This document shows positions 1 through 11,980 of a DNA stretch of 64,000 bases, in pieces (the stretch's first letter is position 1; every line of letters starts with the position of its first letter). Source of the stretch: Octopus vulgaris. Its lineage: Eukaryota. The notes under the pieces were generated by a model that was not told where the DNA came from, made no database searches, and saw nothing but the letters and a program-made list of their open reading frames with translations. Made by a program: the position numbers and the translations under genes. The DNA is taken from positions 44,764,001 through 44,828,000 of the forward strand of contig OX597818.1 in the NCBI GenBank assembly GCA_951406725.2, in the 5' to 3' direction.

Positions 1-914
1 TATAATTATGTATGAATGTATGTATGTATGTAAGAATGTAAGGGTTTGTTTACAACCGTTATTGATTTGTTTATGTTTCAATAACTTAGCAGTTCAGTAG
101 AAGGAACTAATAGAATAAATACCATACTAAAACAATAAGTACATTTGTCTGACTAAACCCTTCAAGGTGGTGCCCCAGCATGGCTGTAGTTCATTGACTA
201 TAACAAGTGAAAAGTAAAACACACACACACACACACATACACACACACACGCAGAATTCTTTCTGCGAGCAACCAAATCCAGGCAGCTGAATTGCTGTGA
301 ATGCTTTCACATGCTACATCTTTCCTCATTAGATTTTAATCAAAGATTCTCAAAAGCCCTGTTACAAACACCAGCATATAAGAACAAAGAATAATCAAGA
401 GGAACAAGAGACACTGCCTAATTCTAAAATTCTAAAATTCATTTCCTCAAACAGTGAAATGGGGGAACCTACACAGCAACAGTCTGGTATTTAAAAGTCT
501 ACAGTTGCATTGTAAATGCTTCTCCTGAATGTTTATGAAACCTAATGTTTCTTCTATTTTGCATTCTAGGTAGCAATCTGCAAAAGAATATAACAGAGCA
601 AAGCAACCTCTGCTAATACACACTCACACACGTACACACATATACGAATTAGAAATGCTATGTATAGAAATCAAAGAAAACAAAACACTACAAAATATAA
701 GAATACAGGATATACACGCAGAAAACAAAAACAAACCCCACCCACCCGAAGAGAAGACCATTCAGCTCCAAAGATAATACTCCAACAGGGCCTGGACTGT
801 AATGAGTAAATCAAATAAGATGACTTACATCATACATGTAATTAATAATATCAAAGGGTAATCAGAAATATGAGAAATTAGTCAAAAATTTAGTCAATAG
901 ACTATATATTATTC

Positions 915-1177
915 ATATAAATACAGTGTACATTTAAACACATAAGAAGCACCCATCATAGGACTCCTTACACACTAGAGAGAACAGTTAAATTCCAAAC
1001 AACTATTAGAGATAAAATTTCGAAGGGAATGAAAAATAGATGGTAAAAGTTTTTATTTTGCATTCCCTTCAAAATTTTATTCCTAATAGTGCTTTGGAAT
1101 TTAACTGTTCTCTCTAGCGTGCAAGAAGTCCTATGATGGATGCCTCTAATGTGTTTAACTGTACACTGTATTTATAT
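915..1177. repeat. Fold-back palindrome (~120 bp arms) between TA-rich tracts
   Basis: ATAAATACAGTGTACA...GAAGGGAATG mirrored by CATTCCCTTC...TGTACACTGTATTTAT; loop ~1040-1050. Confidence 0.9.
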
Positions 1178-1189
1178 ATATATATATAT

Positions 1190-1598
1190 GATCCAGGGAT
1201 CAAAGTGTAGTAAGAAAGTTAGCTTTAAGCAATCTGTAGTAAATATAAAAACAATTTCAGGGACAAAAGTGATTTACAGTGAGGGAAGGTTGTAGAATTT
1301 TTCATATCGAAGTATGATAAACTGAAAAAAGTTCTTTTTATATTTCACGGTAGGCGGCCAGGGTTGCCAGGCATTTGAATAAGAATACAAGAGTTAAGGA
1401 ATGCTTCTGATTGAATCTTGCATGTGTTAACATATACCTCCTTGCGACAATGTAAACTTTCATTTAATCAAGATATCCTTGATCTGAAGAGTAGCCTGCG
1501 GTATACACCTTGCTAAGATATTTACCACTTCTTAAGTTCTTCTCACTATGAAACATAAGTAGCACGGATCCTATCTACTCTATTCCTTAACTCTTGTA
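1190..1598 (+). mobile_element. Penelope-like pLTR remnant with degenerate hammerhead motif (1480-1564)
   Basis: CTGAAGA-GTAG...CTAT-GAAAC-ATAA-GTA; bounded by (TA)n and (TACA)n; 17-bp inverted repeat TACAAGAGTTAAGGAAT / ATTCCTTAACTCTTGTA. Confidence 0.5.
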
Positions 1599-1606
1599 TA
1601 CATACA

Positions 1607-1681
<75 letters not shown>

Positions 1682-1711
1682 GTCTCCTCAAGCACAGCAG
1701 GTCACCCTAGG

Positions 1712-1781
<70 letters not shown>

Positions 1782-1900
1782 GCATATATACATATAAATA
1801 AATGCATGTGTATGTGTGAATGTATGTGCAAGTGTATACATTCATATATACATATATACATACACATGTATATATATAAATTATACATGTATAGTGTATA
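1598..1900. repeat. Compound (TACA)n/(TA)n/(CA)n microsatellite
   Basis: Directly visible simple repeats. Confidence 0.95.
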
Positions 1901-1905
1901 ATATT

Positions 1906-2160
1906 TACATCAACCACATTGATCTGAACGTGGTTGATGCCAGTGCTCCCTGACTGGCCCTTGTGCTGGTGGCACATAAAAAGCACCCACTACACTCTCA
2001 GAGTGGTTGGCGTTAGGAAGGGCATCCAGCTGTAGAAACATTGCCAGATCAGATTGGAGCCTGGTGCAGCCGCTGGCTCTCCAGACCTCAGTCAAACTGT
2101 TCAACCCATGCCAGCATGAAAAACAGACGTTAAACAATGATGATGGATAATGATGATGAC
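1906..2160 (+). mobile_element. Repeat family A (RTE-LINE 3' tail / RTE-tail SINE)
   Basis: AAAAGCACCCACTACACTC...GGAAGGGCATCCAGCTGTAGAAAC...(GAT)n tail; roughly 20 copies or fragments in the window. Confidence 0.85.
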
Positions 2161-2170
2161 ATACATATGC

Positions 2171-2245
<75 letters not shown>

Positions 2246-2523
2246 TGCATGCACATGTGCGTCTGTATGTGCATACATGCATAAAACAAGAAATAATGTG
2301 ATTGTTTTCTGAGAAGTATGAAAACAAGAACAAATTCCTAGCATGCAATTTTTCATATAATGAAATGGTATCTCGTGTGTACATGTGCAAAGGTGTGTGT
2401 GTATGCATACACATGTACACACATGCACACACACATAAATCTATTGAAGTGAATTTACATATACACAAATTTATACAGAACTTCATGCAATTTTTTTTCA
2501 CTTCAAATCTCAAACCCACACTG

Positions 2524-2572
<49 letters not shown>

Positions 2573-2612
2573 ATAGATATATATATGTTATATATGTATA
2601 GAAAATAATTAC

Positions 2613-2646
2613 CTTAACACAATTTTCAAGAGCTTGAAGAACTTAC
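2613..2646 (-). other. Candidate recursive splice site with 34-nt RS-exon
   Basis: Minus strand TTTTTTTTTTATTTTCAG|GTAAGTTCTT...GTTAAG|GTAATT. Confidence 0.45.
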
Positions 2647-2812
2647 CTGAAAATAAAAAAAAAACATATATGAAAAAATATAAAAATCAAGTTATTTTCA
2701 ACAAAGACTTGTTTTTAGCTTTGAACTAAAAATAAATTAAACTTTGGGAAAAATAGTCTTTAAATATGTTCTGCATTTCAGGCAAAGATTATAAATTCAT
2801 TTCTGCTTTCTC

Positions 2813-2877
<65 letters not shown>

Positions 2878-2878
2878 G
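2813..2878. repeat. (ATT)n microsatellite
   Basis: About 21 units. Confidence 0.95.
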
Positions 2879-3475
2879 TTGTATAACTGAAAAATAACTA
2901 GAATTCCTGAATCAGAATAGCAATGTAAATATTTATGTTTTGTAAGAGTTTTACTGTATTTCTTTGTTAAAATGCCTAACTATCTTTGTTTTGTTATTAT
3001 TTGTTTTTTTTTTGTTTTTTTTTTTTGTTTAACAAACTATAACTAATCTAGTTATGAAATTTAGTAAGATTAAGAACAAACAAATAGAATGCACACAAAA
3101 TTCACAGAAATTTTTAAAATGTGATTACAGACTTTCAGTTCTCTATGCAACATGCATGCATACACACAGATACATACAAACACACGCAGATACATACAAA
3201 CACACATACTAATGCATGCACATAAGCAGTGCATATATCATAGCATATTATCGCTATTTCACCATTAGCATCTTCTATTAATGTCTCCTGTTGATGGTTA
3301 CATTTTACTGGTGCACATTTGAGCTGCTTAAGACATGTTTCTATGCAATTATATTTTATTTATATGCAGTATATAGAATTATAGAATTACATCAAATTCA
3401 ATACATGTGCTTGTGTATGTGCGTAAATATATGTATGTATGTATGCATATGTATATATATATATATATATATATG

Positions 3476-3728
3476 TTATATTAAATTAGAGATAAAACCA
3501 CTGTTAGGCAAATCAAACAATGAAAAAAGCCAATACATAAAATTAATTAATTTATATTATTTTAAATATATATCAAAAGTATTAAAAGTTTAATAAAAGA
3601 TAATGAGTAAAACACTACGATCGTTTCATGGTTGTCCAATTCGTAATAATTCAAGTTATGGTTACAGTCAATCTTCAGGTAATTGAAATATTTATCTTAG
3701 CGAGGTTTAGCAGTGAACTAATGAACTA
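3476..3728 (-). mobile_element. Penelope-like pLTR remnant in a TA tract with degenerate hammerhead (3613-3681)
   Basis: Minus strand TAC-CTGAAGA...CCAT-GAAA-CGATCG-TA-GTG; (TA)n on both sides. Confidence 0.45.
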
Positions 3729-3752
3729 TATATATATGTATGTATATGTATA

Positions 3753-3996
3753 TCATCATCATTTAGCGTCTGTTTTCCATGCTAGCATTGGGTTGGATGG
3801 TTCAAACGGGGTCTGGCACGTAAAAAGCACCCACTACACTTATGGAGTGGTTGGCATTAGGAAGGTCATCCAGCTGTAGAAACATTGCCAGATCAGACTG
3901 GAGCCTGGTGCAGCCTCCTGGCTTCCCAGACCCTGGTTGAACCGTCCAACCCATGCTAGCATGGAAAACGGACGTTAAACGATGATAATGATGATG
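3753..3996 (+). mobile_element. Family A copy carrying an inverted copy of its own 3' end
   Basis: 3753-3815 is the reverse complement of ~3925-3996. Confidence 0.8.
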
Positions 3997-4560
3997 TATA
4001 TGTATGTATATATTCACTCACTGCTTATGCTCCTGTCTTTTGTTACTTGGAGTTTCTTTGTGTATATACTCAGGTAACAGAAATAATTTCTTAATGACAT
4101 GAATGAATAAACTCTATAACACATATGAAGGTGTTTTATATCTCTTCTCATGTGTGTGTTTGTGTGCATGTGTGTGTGTGTTTGTGTGCATGCACATGTG
4201 CATATATATCTACATTTATTTTTAACACATTTCAAAAGACAAAATAGTAAATATTTTTGGTTTAATAATGTTTTGCATAAAATCAAGGATATTGCAGAGA
4301 GTACCATAATGTACCAAGTTATGAGGACACAGCTAATGTGTAAATGTAGGAAAAGTCATCTTGATTAACCCCTCATAATCAAAATGATGTTTAGTGACTA
4401 CTTGCTACTGACAAAACACAAAAAGGCAGAAATGTGCATCTCATATTTCTACCACTGATGCTGAACAATATTCATCTTCTACTGAGAAGAATTGGGGTTG
4501 AAGTATATGTGTATGGAGTTTTGCTACTGATATATATTTCAGTATTCTTTAACACTGTAT

Positions 4561-5030
<470 letters not shown>

Positions 5031-5227
5031 ATCTATAAGAAATGTTAGGATGAATACCATAGTTAATTTCACTTTGCATGATATATCAGCATGAATTATG
5101 ATACACAGATTACCATTTTATACTAATGCTGCTTCTGTTGCACATGATGAGATTTTATATCAATAATATCATAGCACAATTTGAATTCGTTGAGGAGACT
5201 GAGAAAATACGTAATTGTGATAATATA

Positions 5228-5794
5228 TTGGGTTGTCCGGAAAATTCGTGCCGATTATTAGTAGCTTACCTTTTGACTTATTTTAGAACATGGTTGAGTT
5301 CATAAAATAGGATTTGACTACACCTCCATTTAGAGCACAGTTTAAGCTATCTTTTCATGAAAGAAAGTTTATGTTCCTATAACCTGTGTTAATTCTGTAA
5401 CCCTTTAAAATGGAAGATAAGAAAGTTCATTTTCGGCACTTGATATTTTGAGAACCAGACAAAAATTGCTGAAGCTTGGCTGGGATGTGTTACCCCACTC
5501 TCCACATTCACCAGATATTGCTCCTTCAGATTTCCACCTATTCAGGTCTCTGCAGAATAGTCTTAACGGTAAAAATTTCAATTCCTTGGATGACGTAAAA
5601 AGATACCTTGATGAATTCTTTGCCATGAAATCACCTCAATTCTGGGAAGAGGGTATTTTCAAATTAAAGGAAAGATGGAGACACATTGTGCAACAAAATG
5701 GTTCATATTTGGTTGATGAAAAAATGTAATGGCAAGTATTTATTGTCCTTTTTCTTTCCTTTAAAAATCGGCACGAACTTTCCAGACAACCCAA
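5228..5794 (+). mobile_element. Internally deleted non-autonomous mariner element
   Basis: ~28-bp TIRs TTGGGTTGTCCGGAAA..., TA TSD; N-terminal MEDKKVHFRH joined to C-terminal HSPDIAPSDFHLFRSLQNSL (YSPDLAPSD motif). Confidence 0.95.
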
Positions 5795-6834
5795 TACTTT
5801 GGCAACTATTCAAAACAATAAGTTGTATCTCCCATGCTATCTCTCAACAGCTTGCTGAACAGGCCAGTGAATATACTGTGTTGAACATGGACCACAAGAT
5901 CAAGGTCAAGAAGTACAGATCATTCAATTAATCAGCTGGCAGTCTATTAATTAGTCTATTAAATTAGCCAGCATCAACTCAGCGTTGTAGCTATAAAACA
6001 CTATACACAGACAAGTATAAGAGATTTAAAACAATAAAATAGTGGGATATATCCACGTAGAGAAAGAAGTGGGAAATGAAGTCATTAATAATATCAAATT
6101 AACTAACGATATTAAATAGCTAAATTAATTTTCTCAATTTGCTATATACCTTTAAAACATCTGACTTGGATATATATATAGCTACTGATGTTTAAGTGCC
6201 GAAATGGATGGTTTATATGGTACTTGAAATTATAAGATGCACTTTTATTTTTGCCAGACAACTTTCTTGAACTACCATTTGCCAGTAACCTAAATCTTCA
6301 TCTTACGTTTATGAAACACAAGCTGATTCTCTGAGACATTTGGGAGTTGTGAGGTGAGAAGTGCAGCTTACAAGTTATCACATGTAGTATATTAATTTAT
6401 TGAAAGGAGTCACACATATAGGAACTTCTCTACCAATTCCATTTAATGAAGGCATACAAGTCTGGTGGTGCCTCAGTATGGCCACTGCCTTTGGGCTGAA
6501 AGGCATAAAAAAATGTGGAATTAATTGAAATTGTAAATGTAATTCAAATTTTCTTAAAGTAAATCCAGGTAGAGAGGAACTTAAAAAATCCTATAAATAA
6601 TTGAAGAAATGCCTTCAATATTTACAGTTGTAGCAAGATTTTGTGATTAAGAAATTAACTTTACAACCTTATGGCTTCATGTTCTGTCCCACTGCACAGC
6701 AGGTTGGGCAAGTGTCTTTAATTATAGCCTGAGAACAACCAATTCTTGTAAGTGAACCTGATAGAGGGAAACTGCAGAAGTCTGTCTGTCTGTCTCTCTA
6801 TATATTGTGTGTGTGTGTATATGTATATATATGT

Positions 6835-6985
6835 TTTATTTATTATTTTGCACATTACTTAATCATTGGTATATGTTTTTATCTTATATTTAATTTTTTC
6901 TATAGGATGTAATTTTTTTCTATATGGTATAATTTAATTTTTTCATTGTTGAATTGATAAAAGGTGTTTTTTTTTCTAATTTTTA
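6835..6985. mobile_element. Unclassified TA-associated dispersed repeat
   Basis: Similar to 58893-59040; its end also matches 43200-43240 (ATTGATAAAAGGTG...TTTTTTCTAATTT). Confidence 0.6.
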
Positions 6986-7002
6986 TATATATATATATAT
7001 AT

Positions 7003-7232
7003 GGGAAAAAAGTCAAAGTAGAAAATGCTAAAATAATTTTATAAAAACACTTCAGTACTGGTTTCAGTCAATGAGACTTTTTCAACTGTAACAATTAAAT
7101 AATTAAAATTAGAAAAATTAAAAGAAAAGTTTTTTTAAAAGAATATTTGTAGAGTGTTCGAATACAAGTGGCATTTTCCTTGTTTCTGCCTGTCTCTGTC
7201 TCTCTTGTTTACTCTTGTGGGTTCGAGGTCCC
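7003..7232 (-). mobile_element. Penelope-like pLTR fragment in (TA)n
   Basis: Same family as 31271-31695; contains a hammerhead at 7053-7088. Confidence 0.7.
7053..7088 (-). ncRNA. Minimal type I hammerhead ribozyme motif (U3:A8 variant)
   Basis: CAG-UUGAAAA-AGUC-ucauu-GACU-GAAAC-ca-GUA-CUG. Confidence 0.65.
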
Positions 7233-7252
7233 ATATATATATAATACATACA

Positions 7253-7285
<33 letters not shown>

Positions 7286-7809
7286 GTATGTATGTGTCTT
7301 TGTGTTTCTCCCACCCACCCACTTGACAGCTGGTGTTAGTTTGATTACATCCACCATAACTTAGTGCTCAGCAAAAGTAACCAATAGAATAAGTTTCAGA
7401 CTTAAAATACAAACTAGAGGCCAATTTGTTTAGCTAACTCAACAATGCATTGTTCTAGCATGGCCACAGTCCAATGACTGAAACAAGTAAGGCAGTAGAA
7501 AGGTGACTGCCTTGTGTTTCATTGCAAATATGTTACAAAGGAGAGAAATAGCCGATACAGATTTGATACAACTATTAAAAAAAATGAATGCTTCTTATCA
7601 TGGAAAGATTGAGAAAATTGAAGATTAAAAAATACTTGAAATTTGGTTAAAGAACAGGAAAACTATTATGAAGAGAGGAACTATCAGAAAGAAAAACAAA
7701 ATGAAACAGTAATGTCTTAAGTGCAAATTTATGCTAACCAAAAAGGGAAAATTTCAAGTAACTGATATCTGGGCACAGTTATGACTGAGTGGTTAAGAAT
7801 TTCACATCT

Positions 7810-8290
7810 TCATCATCATCCTCATCGTTTAATGTCCGCTTTCCATGCTAGCATGGGTTGCATGATTTGACTGAGTTCTGGCGAACCAGATGGGTGCACC
7901 AGGCTCCAATCTGATCTGGCAGAGTTTCTACAGCTGGATGCCCTTCCTGAGGCCAACCACTCCAAGAGTGTAGTGGGTGCTTTTAGATGCCACCTGCACG
8001 AGGGCCAGTCTGGTGGTACTGGCAACGGCCACGCTCAAATGGTGTTTTTTATGTGCCACCTGCACAGGGGCCAGTCCAGTAGCACTGGCAATGACCTCAC
8101 TCAAATGTTTTTTCACGTGCCACCAGCACAAGTGCCAGTAAGGTGACATAGATAACGATCACGCTTGAATGGTACATTTTACATGCTATCAGCACAGAGG
8201 CCAGCTTGCTCTGGCAACGATCATGCTTGTATGGTACTCTTAGCGCTCCACTAGCATGGATGCCAGTCATCGAATTTGATTTCGATTTCT
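7810..8290 (-). mobile_element. Repeat family A
   Basis: (CAT)n tail and conserved body. Confidence 0.85.
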
Positions 8291-9256
8291 TATGGTTCTA
8301 TATTCAATCTTGCTGGACAATGCCAAGGACAAATATCTTCTACTCTAGTTTTGGGCTGACCAGTGCCATGTGAATGGAATTTGATAGAAGGAAGGTGTGA
8401 TAAATATCTATCTCATACACACACACAAAATAAAAATAAATGCTCAGAAGAAGTAACAAACAAGATAAGCTGTAACTGCTTATTTGTTACGAGGAAGATT
8501 TCCTTTCTGCTAGAAATAGCTCACACTTGGTGTATGGCTGTTGTCCAAGCTATGAATAAAGATGGAAAAATGTGGAGGAAATGTCCTGTTGCTATCAACT
8601 GCAAAGTGTAGAAAGTATTTGAAGTAGCATTTGTTTGACATGTGAGAATTAGCAGCCAAATCTCATTCAAAATTCACCCAACCAACTTGAAATTACGAAA
8701 TAAATTTGTCCTGCAGACAATATTCCAGCAATGAAAACAAAGTAGTTCTGACATGAATATCAGATGAACAATGAATATTCGGTACATAGAAACATGCTTT
8801 CCAACACTGCCTATAAACGACATAAAATGCCAAAATTCTACATAAAACTTTTGAACTTTAAAGTGCTTGAAAAGGTTAAGTGTTTTAAAGTTGGCACCCA
8901 GAAAGATACAATAAAACAGTGCTGTTAATCAAAGACTTCATATAAATATAATTTATGCTCGTTTTCAGCAGTAGCAGCAACAACAGCAGCAGCAGCTACA
9001 AAAACAACAACAACATCAGGAGTGCTTTTATCACCTTCTGCAATGCTACAACTCAGCACAGAATGCATTTGAAAAATCTCAGCATTTCATACGCAAAATA
9101 AACCTTGTTAACATAACTTGGTGTTGTATTGCAGGCAGGTATGAAAGAGAACTTCATATACAACCAACAAAAAACTTACCACAACATACGCACACACACA
9201 CACATACACACAAAGAAGACAATACTAGTAGGTTTTACATATAATCCTACTAAGCG

Positions 9257-9650
9257 TAGGTGTGACTGTGTGGTAAGTAGCTTGCTTACAAACCACATGG
9301 TTCCGGGTTCAGTCCCAGTGCGTGGCACATTGGGCAGGTGTCTTCTACTATAGCCTCAGGCTGACCAAAGCCTTGTGAGAGGATCTGGTAGATGGAAACT
9401 GAAAGAAGCCATCGTATATATGTATGTGTGTGTATGTGTTTGTGTGTCTGTGTTTGTCCCCCCAACATTGCTTGACAACCGATGCTGGTGTGTTTACATC
9501 CCTGTAACTTAGCGGTTCGGCAAAAGAGACTAATAGAATAAGTACTAGGCTTACAAAGAATAAGTCCTGGGGTTGATTTGCTCGACTAAAGGCGGTGCTC
9601 CAGTATGGCCACAGTCAAAATGACTGAAACAAGTGAAGGAGTAAAGAGTA
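9257..9650 (+). mobile_element. SINE family B
   Basis: Full head, core, microsatellite and tail. Confidence 0.9.
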
Positions 9651-9719
9651 TAATGTCTACATTCTGAGCATGCATAGCTGACATAGTAAAGAATGCAGAA
9701 TGGTACAAATACACTTACA

Positions 9720-10379
9720 CACATACAAACATACATAGAGAGCTCAGAAGTATCACATTTGGTCAACAGAAAGAAAGAACAACAAAGATTCATAAACATT
9801 ACAGTGTGAAGTGTGATGCCAAGTATAGATACATATCAGACATCACTTCTTGCATTTTATATGCCACCTGCACAGGTGCCAGTGGCACTGGCAACGACCT
9901 TGCTCGAATGTTTTTTCACATGCCACCAGCACAAGTGCCAGTAAGGCGATGCAGGTAATGATCACGCTTGAATGGTGCTTTTTATTTGCCACCGGCACAG
10001 AGGCCAGCTTGTTGCTCTGGCAACGATCATGCTCATATGGTACTCTTAGTGCTCCACTAGCATAGATGCCAGTCATCGAATTTTAATTTGATTTCTTATG
10101 GTTCTATATTCAATCTTGCTGGACAATGCCAAGGACAAATATCTTCTAGTATAGTTTTGGGCTGACCAGTGCCATGTGAATGGAATTTGATAAAAGGAAG
10201 GTGTGATAAATATCTATCTCATACACACACACACACAAAATAAACAAATACACATACAAACATACATAGTTAGAGAGCTCAGAAGTATCATATTTGGTCA
10301 ACAGAAAGAACAACGGTTTATAAACATTACAGCGTGAAGTGTGATGCCAAGTATAGATACGTATTGGACATCACTTCTT
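9720..10379. repeat. Local duplication: 9855-10244 copies 8048-8434; 10251-10379 copies 9720-9850
   Basis: Shared non-repeat sequence GATTTCTTATGGTTCTATATTCAATCTTGCTGGACAATGCC and GAGAGCTCAGAAGTATCA...GACATCACTTCTT. Confidence 0.85.
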
Positions 10380-10431
10380 TCTTGCTGGACCAAAAAGGCT
10401 GGACATCACAGTGTTGGAAATCTTTTGTCTT

Positions 10432-11200
10432 CTATCTTTTACTTGTTTCAGCCACTTGATTGTGGCCATGCTGGGACATCGCCTTGAAGAATTTTTAGTC
10501 AAAGGAATAGATCCCAGTACTTATTTTTAAAAAGCCTGGTACTTATTTTATCACTCTCTTTTGCTGAGCCACTAAGTCATGGGAGCATAAACATACCAGC
10601 ACCAATTGTCTAGCATTCATATACACAACAGGCTTCTTTTAGTTTTCCTCTACCAAATCCACTCACAAGGCTTTGGTCACCCTGAGGCTAAAACAGAAGA
10701 CACTTGCCCAAGGTGTCAGTCAGTAGTGGTTGGGAAACAAGTTTCCTATTTCTTTACTACCCACAAGGGCTACACACAGAGGGGACAAACAAGGACAGAC
10801 AAACAGATTAAGTTGATTATATCGACCTCAGTGCATAACTGGTACATATTTAATCAACCCTGAAAGGATAAAAGGCAAAGTAGACCTTGGTGGAATTTGA
10901 ACTCAGAATGTAGCGGCAGACAAAATACCTATTTCTTTACTACCCACAAGGTGCTAAACACAGAGAGGACAAACAAGGACAGACAAATGGATTGAGTCGA
11001 TTATATCGACCCCAGTGCATGACTGGTACTTATTTAATTGACCCCGAAAAGATGAAAGGCAAAGTCAACCTTGGCGGAATTTGAACTCAGAACATAGCGG
11101 TAGATGAAATACTGCTAAGCATTTCACCCAGCATGCTAACGTTTCTGCCAGCTCACCACCTTGTTGGGAAGCAAGTTTCTTACCACACAGCCATGCCTAC
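10432..11200 (-). mobile_element. SINE family B interrupted by a family C SINE
   Basis: B tail and core 10432-10744; B head resumes at 11162; near-duplicated GTTGGGAA(A/G)CAAGTTTC flanks the insert. Confidence 0.75.
10745..11160 (-). mobile_element. SINE family C, dimeric (tRNA-like head, Nin/Deu-like domain)
   Basis: Family pattern GGCGAGCTGGCAGAA...GTTCTGAGTTCAAAT...GCCTTTCATCCTTTCGGGGTCGATAAATTAAGTACCAG, present twice. Confidence 0.85.
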
Positions 11201-11641
11201 TCCTAAGTTAATAATAATACAGAAACAAAACAAGAATAAAATCTTCTCCTTCATTTTCATCAATGTTTTAAACTTTTTAAACATTTTCTTTCCCGAGTTA
11301 CCATGGATAGGTAAAAATCTACAGCAATTTTTACTCAGTCTTGCAACTTCTCATCTATGAGACCTGACATCTTGAGATCTCAGATTATCCCTTCTAGGTT
11401 TTCCTTCTGCTTTGAGAACTTGTATTGTCATTATTTAGCATTTCTCTCCACCCATTCATATCGCATAACTATTACTTTTGCATTCGTAACCCTGTCACAC
11501 TATATTCCCGCTATAGCATAAATAGGTGAAATGTTATCTCTACTGGATTCCTAGTAATGCGGTAATGAACAACATATGTAGAAAAAGAAGATGAAGACGA
11601 TCCTGTCTAGTACTTAGCTTGCACTCATTACTCTTGAGCTG

Positions 11642-11642
<1 letters not shown>

Positions 11643-11673
<31 letters not shown>

Positions 11674-11980
11674 GTTTAACGTCCATTTTCCATGCTGGTA
11701 TGGGTTGGACAGTTCAACTGGGGTCTGGGAAGCCAGGAGGCTGCACCAGGCTCCAATCTGATCTGGCAGTGTTTCTATAGCTGGATGCCCTTCCTAACGT
11801 CAACCACTCTGAGAGTGTAGTGGGTGCTTTTTACATTCCCCCGGCACTAGGGCCAGAGGGTGCTGGCATCGACCATTTTTGGATGGTGCTTTTTACGTAC
11901 CACCGGCACAAGAGCCAGTTGGGGTGAGAGTGCTGGCACTGACCATGTTTCGATGGTGCTTTTTACGTACCACCGGCACT
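11643..11980 (-). mobile_element. Repeat family A
   Basis: (CAT)n tail and conserved body. Confidence 0.85.

Noticed and set aside
1688-2526. ORFs rich in YI/CV/HT dipeptides here and throughout the track
   Set aside because: Translations of (TA)n, (TG)n, (CA)n and (TACA)n microsatellites.
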